The position numbers and the translations under genes were made by a program. DNA of 64,000 nt, from NCBI RefSeq assembly GCF_020745735.1, contig NC_083404.1, forward strand, positions 37,261,731 through 37,325,730. Reading direction: 5' to 3'. Source of the DNA: Hemiscyllium ocellatum. Lineage: Eukaryota. Positions 25,700-39,489 of this stretch are shown piece by piece (position 1 is the first letter of the stretch; each line of letters starts with the position of its first letter). The notes under the pieces were generated by a model, which made no database searches, had not been told where the DNA came from, and saw nothing but the letters and a program-made list of their open reading frames with translations.

Positions 25700-27300
25700 G
25701 CTCAGGCCTTTATAAAAATCTGCTTTGCTTCACCCCATTTAATCCACAACCTGTATTGTCAAAAGATATTTGAAGATACTGATATGCAAGGGCTATAGCC
25801 CCTGACAATAGTCTGTAAACAGTGCTGAAGATCTCTGCTCCAAACCCTTGCTGCAAACTTAGTTGAACTGCTCCAGTACAGCTGTAATACTGGCATCTAC
25901 CTGAAGATATGGAAAATTGCCCAGGTATGTCATAAACCCAAAAAGCAAGACAAATCCAATCCAATCAATTATCACCCCCCCTAATTTTGTTGTTGATCAT
26001 ACATAAAATGAAGCAAAATGTGATCAACAGTGCTATCAACTACCATATTCTCAGAAATCTGATCATTAACCCTTAGATAACGTTGCACCAGAACCACTCA
26101 GCTCCTGAGCTCTTGATAGCTTTGTCCAAGCAATAAATCTGAATGCTGGAGGTGAGATGACAATAACTGCTCTGACATCAAAAATGTAATTGACCAAGTA
26201 TGGCATGAAGTAACAATAATAAAATTTCTGTTAGTGAAAATTTGGAAAAACACTCTGGTATTTGTTGAAAATCAGGTCAGGGTTAAATGGAGGTCATTGG
26301 AAATGAGTGAGAGCAGAGTGACTGCAGTGAACTGGAAAAAGCAGTTTGGCAACAAAGATAGTTGAGAAACAATAGTTGATGTTCGAGAAAATTCTTCATG
26401 TCTTGTAATAAAGATATATCCCAATGATGAAACAGGATTTGTGGAAGGAGATACATCAGCTATGGTTAACAAGGGCAATTGAGGATATCATCATATCGAA
26501 AGAGAAAACAAATGGGTATGGCAAAAGTTAGTTGCTAGCCTAAGGATTGCAAACATTTTAGAAACCAACAAAAGATGACCAGAAGATAATAAAGAGGAGG
26601 ATAAACTTTCAGAATAAACTGTCATAATCTCAAGATGAACAGGAATATATGTAAAGGAACACAATGTTTAGGGAGTGAGGAGTTGAGATTTTTTTCCCAT
26701 AACATACCTAACCTTAACTTTTAACCACAGCATTTATATAGTTGTCTAGTCAGTTTTCTGATCAATGGTAGTCCACAGAATGTCGATGGCGTTGGTCTGC
26801 GTGATGGTAATGTAGTTGAATGCCATGGGAAGGAGATAAATTCTCTTTTGTTACAGACGGTCTTTGCTTATGACTGTGTGAACTTCTCAGCTCAAGCCTG
26901 AATCTTGTCCATGTTCTGCTACAGTAAGACATAAACAGATTCAATATCTGATGAGTCATGAATAGTCATGTACATGGCAATCCAGCAAATATCCTTATTT
27001 CTGATCTCATAATGGTAGGAATTGTTGGAGCAACTGAAAATGTTTGAACCTAGGTCACCACTCTGATGGTCTCCCATGGTAATGTTTCAGAACTGGAATG
27101 ATTGGCTTCCAACAACATCAGGTCTCTTTGTGCTATGCATGATTTTGGCTGTTGCAGAGACCCTGGTCCACAATTCTCACTGACCTCAACTCTACTGAGG
27201 ATCTGTGATGCCATATTTGGTTAAATGCTTCCTTACTTTTAAGGTAAGTGACGCTGTGCTGTAATTTATTACATTTGGACTAAGATTGTGATAAGGAATG
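25700..27300. mobile_element. Old, heavily decayed non-LTR retrotransposon fragments
   Basis: Remnants resembling PVHKKQDKSNP.NY (about 25.93 kb, plus) and reverse-oriented RT pieces (26.7-27.3 kb). Family not resolved. Confidence 0.45.
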
Positions 27301-28384
27301 GAGGTGAGTAGTCCAGGTAGAACCAAGCTGAAATCTCTGAACATGTTGTGGCTGTCTGGATAATGTTAACTAAGTTGTTCAGAGATATTATGACACACCT
27401 CTGACCATGTGAGAATTGATCCCAGGACTCCTGCCTCAGAAGTAGACACAAAATATTGCTCGATAACACTATCAATTTGGACTTTCCAACGTTTTTCAGA
27501 AAACTGAAATCAGACTATTAGGGGAAGTAATTGGCTAATTTGATTTGTCGTAATTTTAATGCAGAAGACTTGTTTGAGAAATTGTACACAGTCACGTAGA
27601 TGCCAGTATTGCAGTTAGAGCTTTATGGAACCATTTGACTATGGGCGCAACAATGTCCAGTATTTTCTCATGTGGAGGAACACTGATTAGTCAGTTGAGG
27701 ACGGCAGATCATCATCAGCTGGAAGTTTCCCACCCATCTTATCTTTGCCTGTTTACAATAAAGTTCATGTCAGAGATGGAGTTTCTAAGGGCTGAAGTTG
27801 TACAGTGGTAATGCCCCTTTCACTGGACCAGGATTTTCGGCTTTAAGTCCCACCTGCTTTAGAGGTGTGTCAAAACATGTCTGAGCTTGTTGATTTAAAA
27901 ATATCTACATGAAATTTCATTGGTTTCAGAGTTAATGTTGAAAACTCCTCGCTGGTCTCTCCATCTGTATATGGAGGCACTGCCTGCATTTTTGGTACAG
28001 GCTTACAAGGAGATAGTCAAACTTGGGACATTGATTTAAGGTATGACTCTGTCATTTCATTACTTGAACAGTCTATAGATACAAGAATGCAGGTATGAGT
28101 GAGAAGTATTGTGCAGTATCTAATGCCAAAGGTTATCAATTCTCCTGTTTTATTCTTAGTTGAATTTTTTTTGCAGCACTTCATACATTCCATTGACTTG
28201 TTCAGGCTGGCCAGGGGCAATGCTCCTGCTGCGTGATTGGTTCACATATAGGTGACAGGTTTCATTGATTAATAGTTATAAGGAAACTCAATTAGTATTC
28301 AAGACAATCCAATAGTTTCATTGTATTACTGAGTCTACTTTATTAAAATGAAATCACTCAACCACCAGAGTGGTATGTGAATTT

Positions 28385-28700
28385 GGAGAAAGTGAGGACT
28401 GCAGATGCTGGAGATCAGAGCTGAAAAATGTGTTACTGGAAAAGCGCAGCAGGTCAGGCAGCATCCAAGGAGCAGGAGAATTGATGTTTCGGGCAACATT
28501 TTTCAGCTCTGATCTCCAGCATCTGCAGTCCTCACTTTCTCCTAGTTGATTTTAACCTACAGCGAATTCTCTTGCAAGAATGCCTTCCTTGACAAAGCTC
28601 TCTTCCTCGCTCTACAAACAGAGGGGCTTATGCCCGAAACGTTGATTCTCCTGCTCCTTGGATGCTGCCTGACCTGCTGCGCTTTTCCAGCAATACATTT
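28385..28700. mobile_element. Penelope-like foldback element
   Basis: Perfect 47-bp inverted arms at 28385-28431 and 28496-28542, plus a third piece with GGGCTTATGCCCGAAACGTTG. Confidence 0.75.
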
Positions 28701-29550
28701 TTCAGTTCTGGTATGTGAATTTGCCAGGATTCTGATGACTAGTCTTGAAACATTATCTTACAGATGGGAATCCACAGTTGTTGTATGGAATTACATCACA
28801 AACCCACCATGAACTCACTGTATGTCAGAACAGACTCTAAGAGCTGAATGGCCACACTATTCCTTTTTTTTAATGCAACTGCAATACATATTGGATGTGA
28901 TGTGTTAGTTTACATGACATATTCATTGATGGTCATTTGACAATGGTAGGCTTTGAACCCTATTACTGGGTTTACTCAAAAATGATTGTGTGAAAAAGAT
29001 GTGGTGAAAAAGATCTGCCACCCTGCTCACCCTCAGCATGACAACATAAAAAAGCACAGAAGCTGGCCTGTAAGACACAGAAATCAAGCCTGCCAACATA
29101 TACAGAAACTACCCAGAGTGCTCCAGTCTTGACCAAACAGGCTAACATAAAAATCAGACATGGCCAAGAAAATGCACTCTGTAAATTTATCTTCCGTGAT
29201 ATTGTTTTGTGTAATAAACCACTTGTCAATTTCACTACAATCCTTGTTTGTGGTCTCAGATCCATTGGGCTCAATTCTCCGACAATGATTAAGGAATGGA
29301 ACTGTTCATCTAAACAGTAAGTGGATTGGTACATCCATTTATAGAACAGTCACACTTGTCATAATTAAATCTCACGGGATTAGCAAAATATCTGTTCTCC
29401 TCAGTTTAACAAAACAATGCACAGAACCCCTTAAAAGCAATGAATTGCTTGTGCAGCACACCATGGAATTTAAAGTTGGTGGAAATCTCAAAACACTACT
29501 CCTGCCATTTGTATGATAACAGCTTGTAAAGAATCAGCAGGACAGCATTA

Positions 29551-29583
29551 ACTTTTTGTTTTCCTTGGCTTTCAGTCACTGTG
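29551..29583 (-). other. Defective RSS of pseudo-V-C2 (17-nt spacer)
   Basis: CACAGTG (29583-29577), 17-nt spacer, ACAAAAAGT (29559-29551). Confidence 0.8.
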
Positions 29584-29722
29584 CTAGCCCAGAAAGCAAG
29601 AAATAAACCCCAGAGTCATCCTCCTTGATATTCCTCATGAGCAAGTTGCAGATTTTGGTCGCAGAATTTTTTTGAAGCAAGTTTTTTAAGTCAGCGATAT
29701 CTTGCTGAATGTTAAACAGATT

Positions 29723-30889
29723 ACACAGAACAAATGAAATCACAGCATAGAAACAGGTCCTTCCACCCTCCAAGACTGTGTTGATCTAGATCCTCTATCT
29801 AAACCTGTTGCCTATTTTCTAAGGATCTGTATCCCTCTGCTCCCTGCCCATTCATGTATCTGTCCAGTTACATCTGAAATGGTAGCCACCTCTACCACCT
29901 CCACTGGAATTGCGTTCCAGGCTCCCACCATCCTCTACATAAAGAACTTCCCACACATATCTCCCTTAAACTTTTCCCCTCTCACCTTGGACTCATGACG
30001 CATATTAATAGAGACCCCCAATCTGGGATAAAGCTTCTTGCTATCCACCCTGTCTATACCTCTCATGATTTTGTAGACCACAATCAGGTCCCCCCTCAAT
30101 CTTGGTCTTTCTAATGACAATAATCCTAATCTACTCAACCTCTCTTCATAGCAAGCACCCTCCATACCAGGCAACATCTTTGTGAACCTCCTCTGCACCA
30201 TCTCCAAAACATCCACATCCTTTTGATAATGTGGTGACCAAAACTGGATGCAGTATTCTAAATATGGCTGAACCAAAGTCTTATACAACTGTAACATGAC
30301 CTGCCAACTCTTCTACTCAATGCCCCGTCCGATGCAGTGTGCCTTTTTGACCTCTCTATCGACCTGCGCTGCCACCATCAGGGTACAATGGACCTGAACT
30401 CCCAGATCTCAGTACAATTTTCCACAGGGCTTTTCCATTGACCATATAGTTCGCTCTTGAACTAGACCTTCCAAAATGCATCACCTTGCATTTGCCCAGA
30501 TTGAAATCCATCTGCTATTTCTCTGCCCAACTCTCCAATCTGTTTATATTCTGCTGCAATCTCTGACAGTCCCCTTCACTATCTGCTACTCCACCAATCT
30601 TAGTGTCATCTGCAAACTTGCTAGATCGGACCATCTTCTGGATCAGTGGTGTTGGAAGAGCACAGCAGTTCAGGCAGCATCCAAAGTGCAGCGAAATCGA
30701 TGTTTCGGGCAAAAGCCCTTCCCGATGAAGGGCTTTTGCCCGAAACGACGATTTCGCTGCACATTGGATGCTGCCATAACTGCTGTGCTCTTCCAGCACC
30801 AATGATCCAGAACCTGGTTTCCAGCATCTGCACGCATTGTTTTTACCTAGATCAGACCACTTATACTGTCCTCCACGTCATTTATATTT
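29723..30889 (-). mobile_element. 5'-truncated CR1 inserted into the V exon
   Basis: RT C-terminal ORF 29935-30297; 6-bp TSD CAGATT at 29717-29722 and 30890-30895. Confidence 0.92.
30634..30846. mobile_element. Palindromic Penelope-like element nested in the CR1
   Basis: Imperfect inverted arms of about 90 bp centred near 30722; flanking direct repeat CTAGATC(G/A)GACCA at 30621-30633 and 30847-30859. Confidence 0.8.
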
Positions 30890-32871
30890 CAGATTCTTAA
30901 AGTATGACATGCGCTGCAGCCTTTGACCTGGGATCTGCCGATACTAGTGGATAATCGCATTGTCAAAACTGATCCCTTCAAACCTACACTCAAACTGTGC
31001 AGTATTCCCCAGAGCTCTGGTCATTGCGAATGGAGACTGAGTCAAGGTTTGAGCAACAGATTTCTCTGCCGGTGAAAATATGTAAGTTAGGTAATTTATG
31101 AATACAGAGACCACAGAATATTGAACAATGGACATAATCAGTTGGAACCTGCAGTACTGACCAAGGAGAGCAATTAGTAAAGTTGCAAGGGTGTGACCCT
31201 TCATGTTGTGGTATTTAATGTGAAAATTAGAGGCTGACCATAGAGCCTTATACTCTGGAGTTTAGACTGAGAGATGACTGAATTGAAATACAGATTTTTG
31301 GAAAGGTCTTGACAGGATAGACACAAGTCTTGATTCTCCTGAATGGAGGGTCTGGAACAAGAGTGGAAGGGGCCATATCTTCAGGTTAATGAGTTGATTG
31401 TTCTGGACTAGAGTGAGAGAATTTTCTTCATTTCAGGTCGTGAACCTTTGGAACTTTCTACCCCAAAGCATCGAGGTCAGCTCTGAATATATTCAAAGCC
31501 CACTCAACAAGAATTTTGTTCTTTCAGTGAATCAGGGAGGTGGGGTATTGAGACAAAGCGTCAGTCATAATTGTTTTAAATGATGGAGCAGGCTCTGGGA
31601 AACATGCTTTATTCCTGTTCCTGTTTCATTTTGTCACTTGCAATTTTTGTCTTTTTGCTTCTTCCAATGGCCGTTTGAAATAAATGCAGATGAATCCACG
31701 GGGCACGATGAAAGCAACTGATATCTTTTGGAGCCCTGACCAATACTTATCTTCAATTACCATCACTAAATTAGATCTTTTACATTTATTTTACTATTCT
31801 TTGAGGGATCTTGTGTGCAACTTGGCTGCTTCAGGTCTGTGACTTACAGCAGCTTTAACAATATGATTATTATTGGGAGGTCTCCTGTTTATGAAATATA
31901 GAATGGTAACTGAGAGTAGGCTGATCCATTCAGCTGTTTGAGCCTGTTCCAACATGCAATATGACCATGCCTGATCCAGTATCTCAGTGTCATATTTCCC
32001 CATTCACCCCATACCCCTTGATGCCTTCAAAAGAAGACGACACTATCTCTTGCAAGATGCAAAGCAAATATCAATCCTTTCTAACAAATTCCATCCAGAT
32101 CCACATTTGAAGCAGTAGATAATTCATTTGATTGAAAGTTAAATTAATCCACCTCACATCTGTGAAATGTATCTGTCATCTGACTCAGGAGTGTAATTCT
32201 TTAAGAATATATATATCCTGTTCTGCAATGGATCCTATTCATTCAATCATGTGCTGAGGACAAGTTTTCCAAAGTTTCACTTTGTTGGCCAAATTTAGAT
32301 AAACATGTGTCAGAACCTCATATGCTGTGTTGTGAGTTGCCTTTCTTGGGAAAACCAGCATTATTCTGACAGCTCAGAAACCACCTGCTCCAAACAGTTG
32401 GCCTCCTCTACCAGTGTCTATATTCCAAATGTATACCTTTGCTCGGATTCACTATGTAAACAAAGTCACCATAGTCTGAGAAGACAATAGGTCTGCTCTC
32501 TTGTTTAGAGAGAGCTGACTGGTGGTAGTTTAACCCGAGGCTCACTGTGCCTCAGGCTAGGTGAGAAGGAAAATATGCCCCTTCAAGTCAACTTCATCCA
32601 GTTCTGGAATTGAATCCAAGTTGAGGGCACCATTCTGCATCACTAAGTAGTTTTCCAGTTAACAGCGCTAACAGAAATAGTGATCAAGGGAACTGTTTGA
32701 ACACTGGTTGCAATTGCAATCAGCACACACAACAACTCAGCTGCTTCGCTATTGGTTCCATGAGAAGAACTGTGGAGGCCACATGGGAAAGAGTTATATT
32801 CCTCAATTTTTCTTTTTAATAAGGGAATACATTTTTGTTATATATCTGATCCCAATCCGGCAATTGCACTA

Positions 32872-35160
32872 AGAGTCATAGCGATGTACAGCATGGAAAC
32901 AGACACTTTGGTCGATCTTGTCCATGTTGATCAGCTATCCTCAACTAACCTAGTCCCATTGCTAGCATATGGCCTGTATTTCTCGGAACCATTCCTATTC
33001 ATGTACCCATCCAGATACCTTTAAAATGTCATAATTGTACCAGCCTCCACCACTTCCTCCAACGATTTATTCAATACATTCACCATCTTCTGCATGAAAA
33101 AGTTAAATCATTTTCCTCTCACTTTAAACCTATGTACCCTGGTTTTGAACTCCCCTACCCTGGGAAAAAAAAGACCTTGGTTATTCACCTTATCCAGGCC
33201 CCTCATAATTTACAAAAACTTCTATAAGGTCACCCCTCAGCTTTCAACATTCCAGGGAAAACAGGTCCAGCCAGTTCAACCTCTCCCTGTCACTCAAACA
33301 CTCCAACCCAGCAACATCCTTGTAAATATTTTCTGAACCTTTTCAAATTTCATGTCTTTCCTACAGGAGGGAGAACAGAATTGAACACAGTATTCCAAAA
33401 TTGTCCTGTACAATATTCCAGTGTCCTGTACAGCCACAACATAATATCCCAATGCCTATACTCAATGCACTGACCAATATAGGCAAGCACACCGAATACC
33501 TATGTCATTCCCTGTCTACCTGTGACTCTACCTTCAAGTAAATGTGAATCTGCACCCCCAAAATGCACTACCTAGGTCCCTACCATTAAGTTTGCAAGTC
33601 CTGCTCTGATTTGCCTTACCAAAATACACCTCACATTTATCTAAATTAAACTTCATCTGCTACTCCTTGAACCATTTGATCAAGGTCCTGTTATACTCTG
33701 AAATAACCTTCTTCACTGACAACTATTCCACCAATTTTGGTTTTATCTGCACAGTTATTTATTATAGCTCCTACTTTCACATTCGAATAATTTATATAAA
33801 CCACAGAAAGCAATGGACACAGCACCAACCCTTGCAGTACATCACTGGTCACAGGCCTTCAGTCTGAAAAGCAACCCTCCAACACCTCCTCTGTCATTTA
33901 TCTTCTTTTGTATCTAAATAGCTAGCTCTCCCTGAATTCCATGCGATCTAACTTTGCCAACCACTCTACATTGTTGAATGCCTTGCTGAAGTCCACACAG
34001 GCAACATCTACTGCTCTGCTTTTATCAATCTTCTTTGTCACTTCTTCAATACACTCAATCAAGTTATTGAGATGCAATTTCCCATGTATAAAGTCGAGTT
34101 GACTATCCCTAATCAGTCCTTGCCTTTTCAAATGCATGTAAATCCTAGACATCAGAGCCCCCTCCAAAAAAACTTACCAACCACTGATGTCAGGCTCACC
34201 AGTTTTTACTTCCCTGACTTTCTTACCAATTTTATTAAATAATGGCATCACATTAGACAATCTCCAGTCTTCTAGCACCTCCCCGGATGAAACAAATATC
34301 TCAGCAAAGGGTGCAGCAATCACTTCTGGAGCTTCCCACAATGTTCTGGGAGATACCTGATCAGGTCCCAGGGGTATATCCACCTTCATGCATCTTAGGC
34401 CATCCAGAACCTCCTCCTCTGTAAAATAGACTCACTTCAAGATATCACTGTTTATTTCTCCAAGTTGCCTAGCTTCTATGGCCTTCTCCACAGTAGATAA
34501 TGCTCCAAAATATTTGGTTAGTATCTCACATCTCCTGAGGCTTCTCATATAGATGACATTGTTGATCTTTAAGGAGCCTAAATCTCTGTCTACTTATTCT
34601 TTTGTCCTTAATGTATTTGTAGAATTTCTTTGGATTCTCCTGAGCCCTATTTGCCAAAGCTACCTCATATCCCCTTTTTGCCCTCCTAATTTCCCTCATG
34701 AATATACTCCTACTACCCTTATATTCCTTGAGGAATTCACTTGATTCCTGTTGCCTGTACCTGACATATGCTTCCTTCTTACTCTTGACAAAACCTTCAA
34801 TTTCTCTAGTCATTTAGCATTCCCTACGCCAACTTTGTCCTTCTCATTGACATGAATATATTGTCTCTGGACTCTTGTTATCTCATTTCTAAAGGTCTCC
34901 CATTTTCCAACCATTCCTTTACCTGAAAATAACCTCTCCCAATCAATTTTTGCCAAACACTGTAAAAATTGGCCATACTCCAATTTAGAACTTTAACTTT
35001 TAGATCATGTTTATCCTTTTCAACAATTATTTTAAAAATAATAGAATTATGATCACTGGCTCCAAAGTACTCCCCCACTGATACCTCAATTACTTGCCCC
35101 ACCTACTTTCTAAGAGAAGGTCATGTTTTGTTCCTTGTCTAGTTGGCACACCAACATACT
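32872..35160 (-). mobile_element. Degenerate CR1 LINE
   Basis: Minus ORFs 33922-34167, 34174-34389, 34526-34813 and 34878-35102 with CR1 motifs (SDHNSI, PGPDQV, DFSKAF). Confidence 0.88.
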
Positions 35161-36188
35161 AAAATTTAAAAAAAATACTTGTACACACTTAAATTCCTCT
35201 CCATCCAAGTCATTAACACCATGACAGTCCTATGTTTTTAAAGTTAAAGTCCTCTTTCATTACAATTATTATTCTTACAGATATTTGAGATCTCCTTACA
35301 AATTTGCTTCTCAATTTTCCACTGACAGTTGGGGGTGGGGGGTTTGGAGGGCTATATTACAATGCCAGTAAGATGATCATCTCGTTCTTATTTTGCAGTT
35401 CCACCCAAATAACTCCAAGGAATCTCTTCCCTAAGTACAATCATAATATTATCTCTAATCAATAATGTGACTCCCCCTTCTCACTTGCCCACTTTCTATC
35501 TTTCCTACAGCATATAAAGCCTGGAACATTATGCTGCCAGTCATAGAGTCATACAGATTGGAAATAGATCCTTTGGCCCAACCATAATCCCAAACTAAAC
35601 TACTCCCACCTGCTGTGCTCGGCCAATATCACTCCAAACCTTTTTTTTAAAAATTCATGTACTTATCCAAATGTCTTTTTTAACATTATAATTTTACCCG
35701 CATCCATCAGTTCCTCTGGAAGGTCATTCCACACACAAACCACTCTCTGTGTGAAAAAAAAGTTGCCTGTCACCTCCCTTTAAAGCCGTTCACCTTAAAA
35801 ATATACCACCTAGTTTTGAAGTTACTCACCATAGCGAAAAGACAGCTGCCATTCTCCTTGTGTATACCCCAGAATAAGCTGAGCTTTTCTGTTGATAGCT
35901 GACACGAATAGAACGGTCCAAATGGTTTCTTACTATAACTTGATGGTTCGAATGGCTGAGTGTCATACTTACTGTGGGAAAGCATTAGCAGAACAATCAG
36001 ACATGGGGCAGCAATGATAATTAGGCTGCATTCGCTTTGTTAAGCTGAATGTTTAAATGGGAATTGATTCACATTCCAAATAGAGACAGTGAGCTGGCGG
36101 CTGTTGTGGCACAGTGATACTGACCCTACCTCTGAGTTAGGAGTTAAAAGTCACACAACACCAGGTCATAGTGCAACAGGTTTAATTG

Positions 36189-36233
36189 GAAGCACACTAG
36201 CTTTCGGAGCGACGCTCCTTCATCAGGTGATAG
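36189..36233 (-). ncRNA. Minimal type-I hammerhead ribozyme in a Penelope-like repeat (core intact)
   Basis: Minus strand CAC-CUGAUGA-A-GGAGC-GUC-GCUCC-GAAA-GC-UA-GUG: full catalytic core, 5-bp stem II, palindromic AGCU stem III, and CAC/GUG stem I. Confidence 0.7.
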
Positions 36234-36659
36234 TGGAGGGCTCAATCCTAACAGAATTTATAGCAAAAATTTACAGTGTGGTGTAACTGAAATTATACAT
36301 TGAAACATTGATTGTCTGTTAAGCCTTTCATCTGTTAGAATACAGTGATAGTTTACACATGAAAGAAGGGAACTGTACCTGCCTTCTCAGATCAATTCAA
36401 CCGATTCTGTGGAATTAATTAAAAGACACTTATGCTCCATGTAATGTGGTGGATCCTCTCGGCCTGGGTGGGGAAGGGGTGCAATACTTAATCCCTTAAT
36501 CAGCATCACTAGACAGATTGGACATTTATCACATTGTTCTTTTTAAGTGCTTGTTGAATGCAAATTGGCTGCTAGTTTTCTTAATTCCAGCAGGGACTAA
36601 GCTTTTTGTTTTCGCTTATATTTGATTAGAAAGGACGTGGACCAGACCAGAATTTAATG

Positions 36660-37945
36660 GCCAACCCTAATTGCCCAGAAGGCAGCTAAGAATCAGCTGC
36701 AACATTTTTATAAAGTAGTTATTGAAAGTTATAAACATTTAAAATAAATGAGAAGAAAACTGTTAAAAAAAATCAGCTGCACAGAACCCCGGTGTCCCTG
36801 GAGAAGGAACACGCGGTGTCCACCAATATCGTCGTGATTTTCAGAGAGAGGTGGGCGCAGCAGGGAGTGGAGTGCATCATTTCCCCCTACAACTCTATTT
36901 TGATTTAGTCTTTGCTCTCCCCTTCACTGTTTTGATCACACAGCATTGCCCTTTGATGTGAAGGGCACTGCTTGTCACTGGCCACTTAGGTGTTTCCTTT
37001 CTTCCTGGTGGTGGAAATTAAATAAAGATTTGTGCACTTGTGTCTCTCACTGTGTCTCACACCTGCACACACACAACATGGTTGCGGGGAAAAAATAAGC
37101 ACTACCGCAGTTAGGCGGTAGTGCGGGGGTAAAGGGAAAAAAAAGGATTGTGAAAAAAAGAATCAGCTGCAACATTTTTATTAAATAGTTATTGAAAGTT
37201 ATAAACATTTAAAATAAATGAGAAGAAAACTGTTTAAAAAATCAGCTGCGCAGAACCGCGGTGTCCCTGGAGAAGGTACACGCGGTGTCCACCAATATCG
37301 TCGTGATTTTCAGAGAGAGATGGGCGCCGCAGGGAGTGGAGTGTATCATTTCTCCCTCCAACTCTATTTTGATTTAATCCCTGCCCTCCCCTTCACTGTT
37401 TGTCCACGCAGCATTGCCCTTTGATGTGAAGGGCACTGCTTGTCACTGGCCACTCGGGTGTTTCTTTTCTCCCTGGTGGTGGAAATTAAATAAAGATTTG
37501 TGCACTTTGTGTCTCACACCCGCACACACACACAACATGGGTGCGGGGGAAAAATAAGCACTACCCCAGTTAGGCGGTAGTGTGGGGAAAATAAATAGAA
37601 AAAAAATGAAAGAACAGGAGGGTCAGACATCCCGTCACTCTGACAGATGCTCCTGAGGGAGCTGGATCAGTGTAAAAGAGAAAAAAAGTTTAAAAATCAG
37701 CTGTATTACTGTGGGTCTGAAGTTACAATTAGGCCAGATCTCATAACGGTATCCTTCCTAAAGGGCCTACAGTGAACCAGACGCATTTCCCACCGACAAT
37801 CGGCAACGGTTTCACAGTCATCATTAGACACTTAATCCCAGATCATTTTTGAATTCAGTTTCACCATTTGAGCCTGGATCCTCAGGACAATACGTAGCTG
37901 TCTGGATTAATAGTCAAGTGGTAACTTCACTGAGCCATCGCCTGT
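36660..37945 (-). mobile_element. Shark SINE (Deu-domain-like) interrupted by a 1-kb insertion
   Basis: CCCTAATTGCCCAGAAGGCAGCTAAG resumes as ..ACTGTGGGTCTGAAGTTACA..GGCCAGA at about 37.7 kb; AATCAGCTG at 36691-36699 and 37695-37703 brackets the insert. Family name is from memory. Confidence 0.5.
36691..37600 (+). repeat. Two tandem 470-bp units, each carrying a Tx1-like LINE 3' end
   Basis: Period 470 (36691 vs 37161). Each unit encodes VSLEKEHAVSTN..FRERWA.QGVECIISP.NSILI*, followed by a 3' UTR with hairpins, AATAAA and an A-rich tail. Confidence 0.7.
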
Positions 37946-38409
37946 CTTCACAGAGTATTTCATCGGCTGTACGATGCTTTGGGGGCGTTCCTAGGCTGGG
38001 AACTGTGCTAAAGAATTCCATATTCTTTGAATGTCAACAGGAGGGTGAGTCTTTAACATTTCCACTTCATTATCTTTACATCAAGTTGATGTTTTTGGGT
38101 GTCATCCGAGAACAGCAGTGGATATGACTATCGAGGGGTAGGAAAGAGCAGGTGATGTTAGCATTGGTGGCTATTTAGCCTTCTGGTCTGCCCATCTAGA
38201 GAGCCAGCTTCTGGCATGTTTTGCCCTTTCATTGTGAAACATTTGCTGCAAATTCGCTGCACGTGGTATTTTGGATTGGAGGAACTGTTGGCTTCAGCTA
38301 CAGACGAAAGAATTCAGTGAAGGCAAGACCATTCGGCCGATTAGTTTTGTCCTTTCTGCTTCTCTGAAAGGCTCTCAAATCAATAGCATCGCTTTGTCCC
38401 TGTATCCCT

Positions 38410-39000
38410 AACACATAGAAACATAGAAGATAAGAGCAGGAGTAGGCCATTCAACCCTCCGAGCCTGCTACGTTATTTAATGTGATATTGGCTAATCATG
38501 GAGCTTCATGCTCCAACCCCCTCTGCCCCCCCCCCCCCCCCGCCCTCCCCTCCCCTGTTCCAATATCCCTTGATCCCTTTATCAACAACAGCCACATTGA
38601 GCTCCTTCTAGAAAACATTCAATGCTTGGACTCGACAACTTTCTGTAATAAGGAATTCTGCAGGTTCACAATTCTCTGGCTGAAGTAATTTCGCCTCATC
38701 TCATTCCTAAAAGATCATTGGCTTATCTTATTCTTTAAACTGTGCCACAGGGTTCTGGAGTGGTTCCTCCACCACTCGAACGTCTTTCCTGCATCTAACG
38801 AATCTAATTCGGTTCGAATTTTATAAGCTTCTATGAGATTCCCACTCCTAATTTTAGAGAACACAACCCAAACAGACACATTCCCTGTTTATCCGTCAGT
38901 CTCGCCATTCCAGGAACTAATGTGGTGAGCCATCGCTACATTCCCTCCATAGCAACAACGTCCTCAGATAAGGAGACCAAAACTACATCCAAAATTCCAG
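38410..39000 (-). mobile_element. CR1 3' fragment
   Basis: ACATAGAAACATAGAAGATAAGAGCAGGAGTAGGCCATTC tail (reverse) and a decayed RT C-terminus. Confidence 0.75.
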
Positions 39001-39450
39001 GTACGTCCTCACCAATTTCCTGGATAATTTCAAATCTTTGTCCAGCTTGCTTTCAGAAGTGTCTACTGGATTCCAATATCCTTTCAAGCATAAGTTCCCA
39101 AATTTCAATTTACTCCAAGCAAAACAGAAATATTATGTTGTACGTCTTTGTTCACTCAGCCCAGATCTCCGCAGTATAAACTCCACCCTCCCGCACAGGG
39201 GGAACAACACCGTAACATCGCCAGCGCGAATCCTGCTCTCCCCAAAGCCGCGAACTCCACAGTGAGTCGGCTCCCGGTGCTATCGCTCCAAGATCAGAAG
39301 AGGTAAGTTGATCAATTTGCTGGCTGGCGAATTCACAGATTCAGGCGGAAAAAGCTCAGACACAAATCCAGCTGTGGTGTTGTTGCTACTTTACCCAACT
39401 AGGGGAGGAGTGTGTGGGTTTCTCTGATAGCTTAGCTTCGAATGGTTCAG

Positions 39451-39489
39451 TGTTTTTGTACAAACATTGTGCTGATGCCGCGCAGTGTG
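39451..39489 (-). other. 23-RSS of TRGV-B1 (variant heptamer)
   Basis: CACACTG (39489-39483), 23-nt spacer, ACAAAAACA (39459-39451). Confidence 0.93.

Larger units (their letters stand above)
29584..31204 (-). pseudogene. TRGV: TRGV family C pseudogene 2, split by a CR1 insertion
   Basis: Leader 31204-31162 (MKGHTLATLLIALL), intron 31161-31066. 5' V half reads KSVAQTLTQSP..FEC..IIH*YRQIPGQ (Trp41 TGG>TAG at 30946-30944). 3' V half at 29722-29584 reads NLFNIQQD..ICNLLMRNIKEDDSGVY, with a 1-nt loss in the Cys104 codon. Confidence 0.9.

Noticed and set aside
36691-37600. Tandem repeat read as a CRISPR-like array or H/ACA RNA
   Set aside because: There are two long units with a retrotransposon ORF end and a poly(A) signal, no repeat-spacer pattern and no convincing H or ACA boxes.
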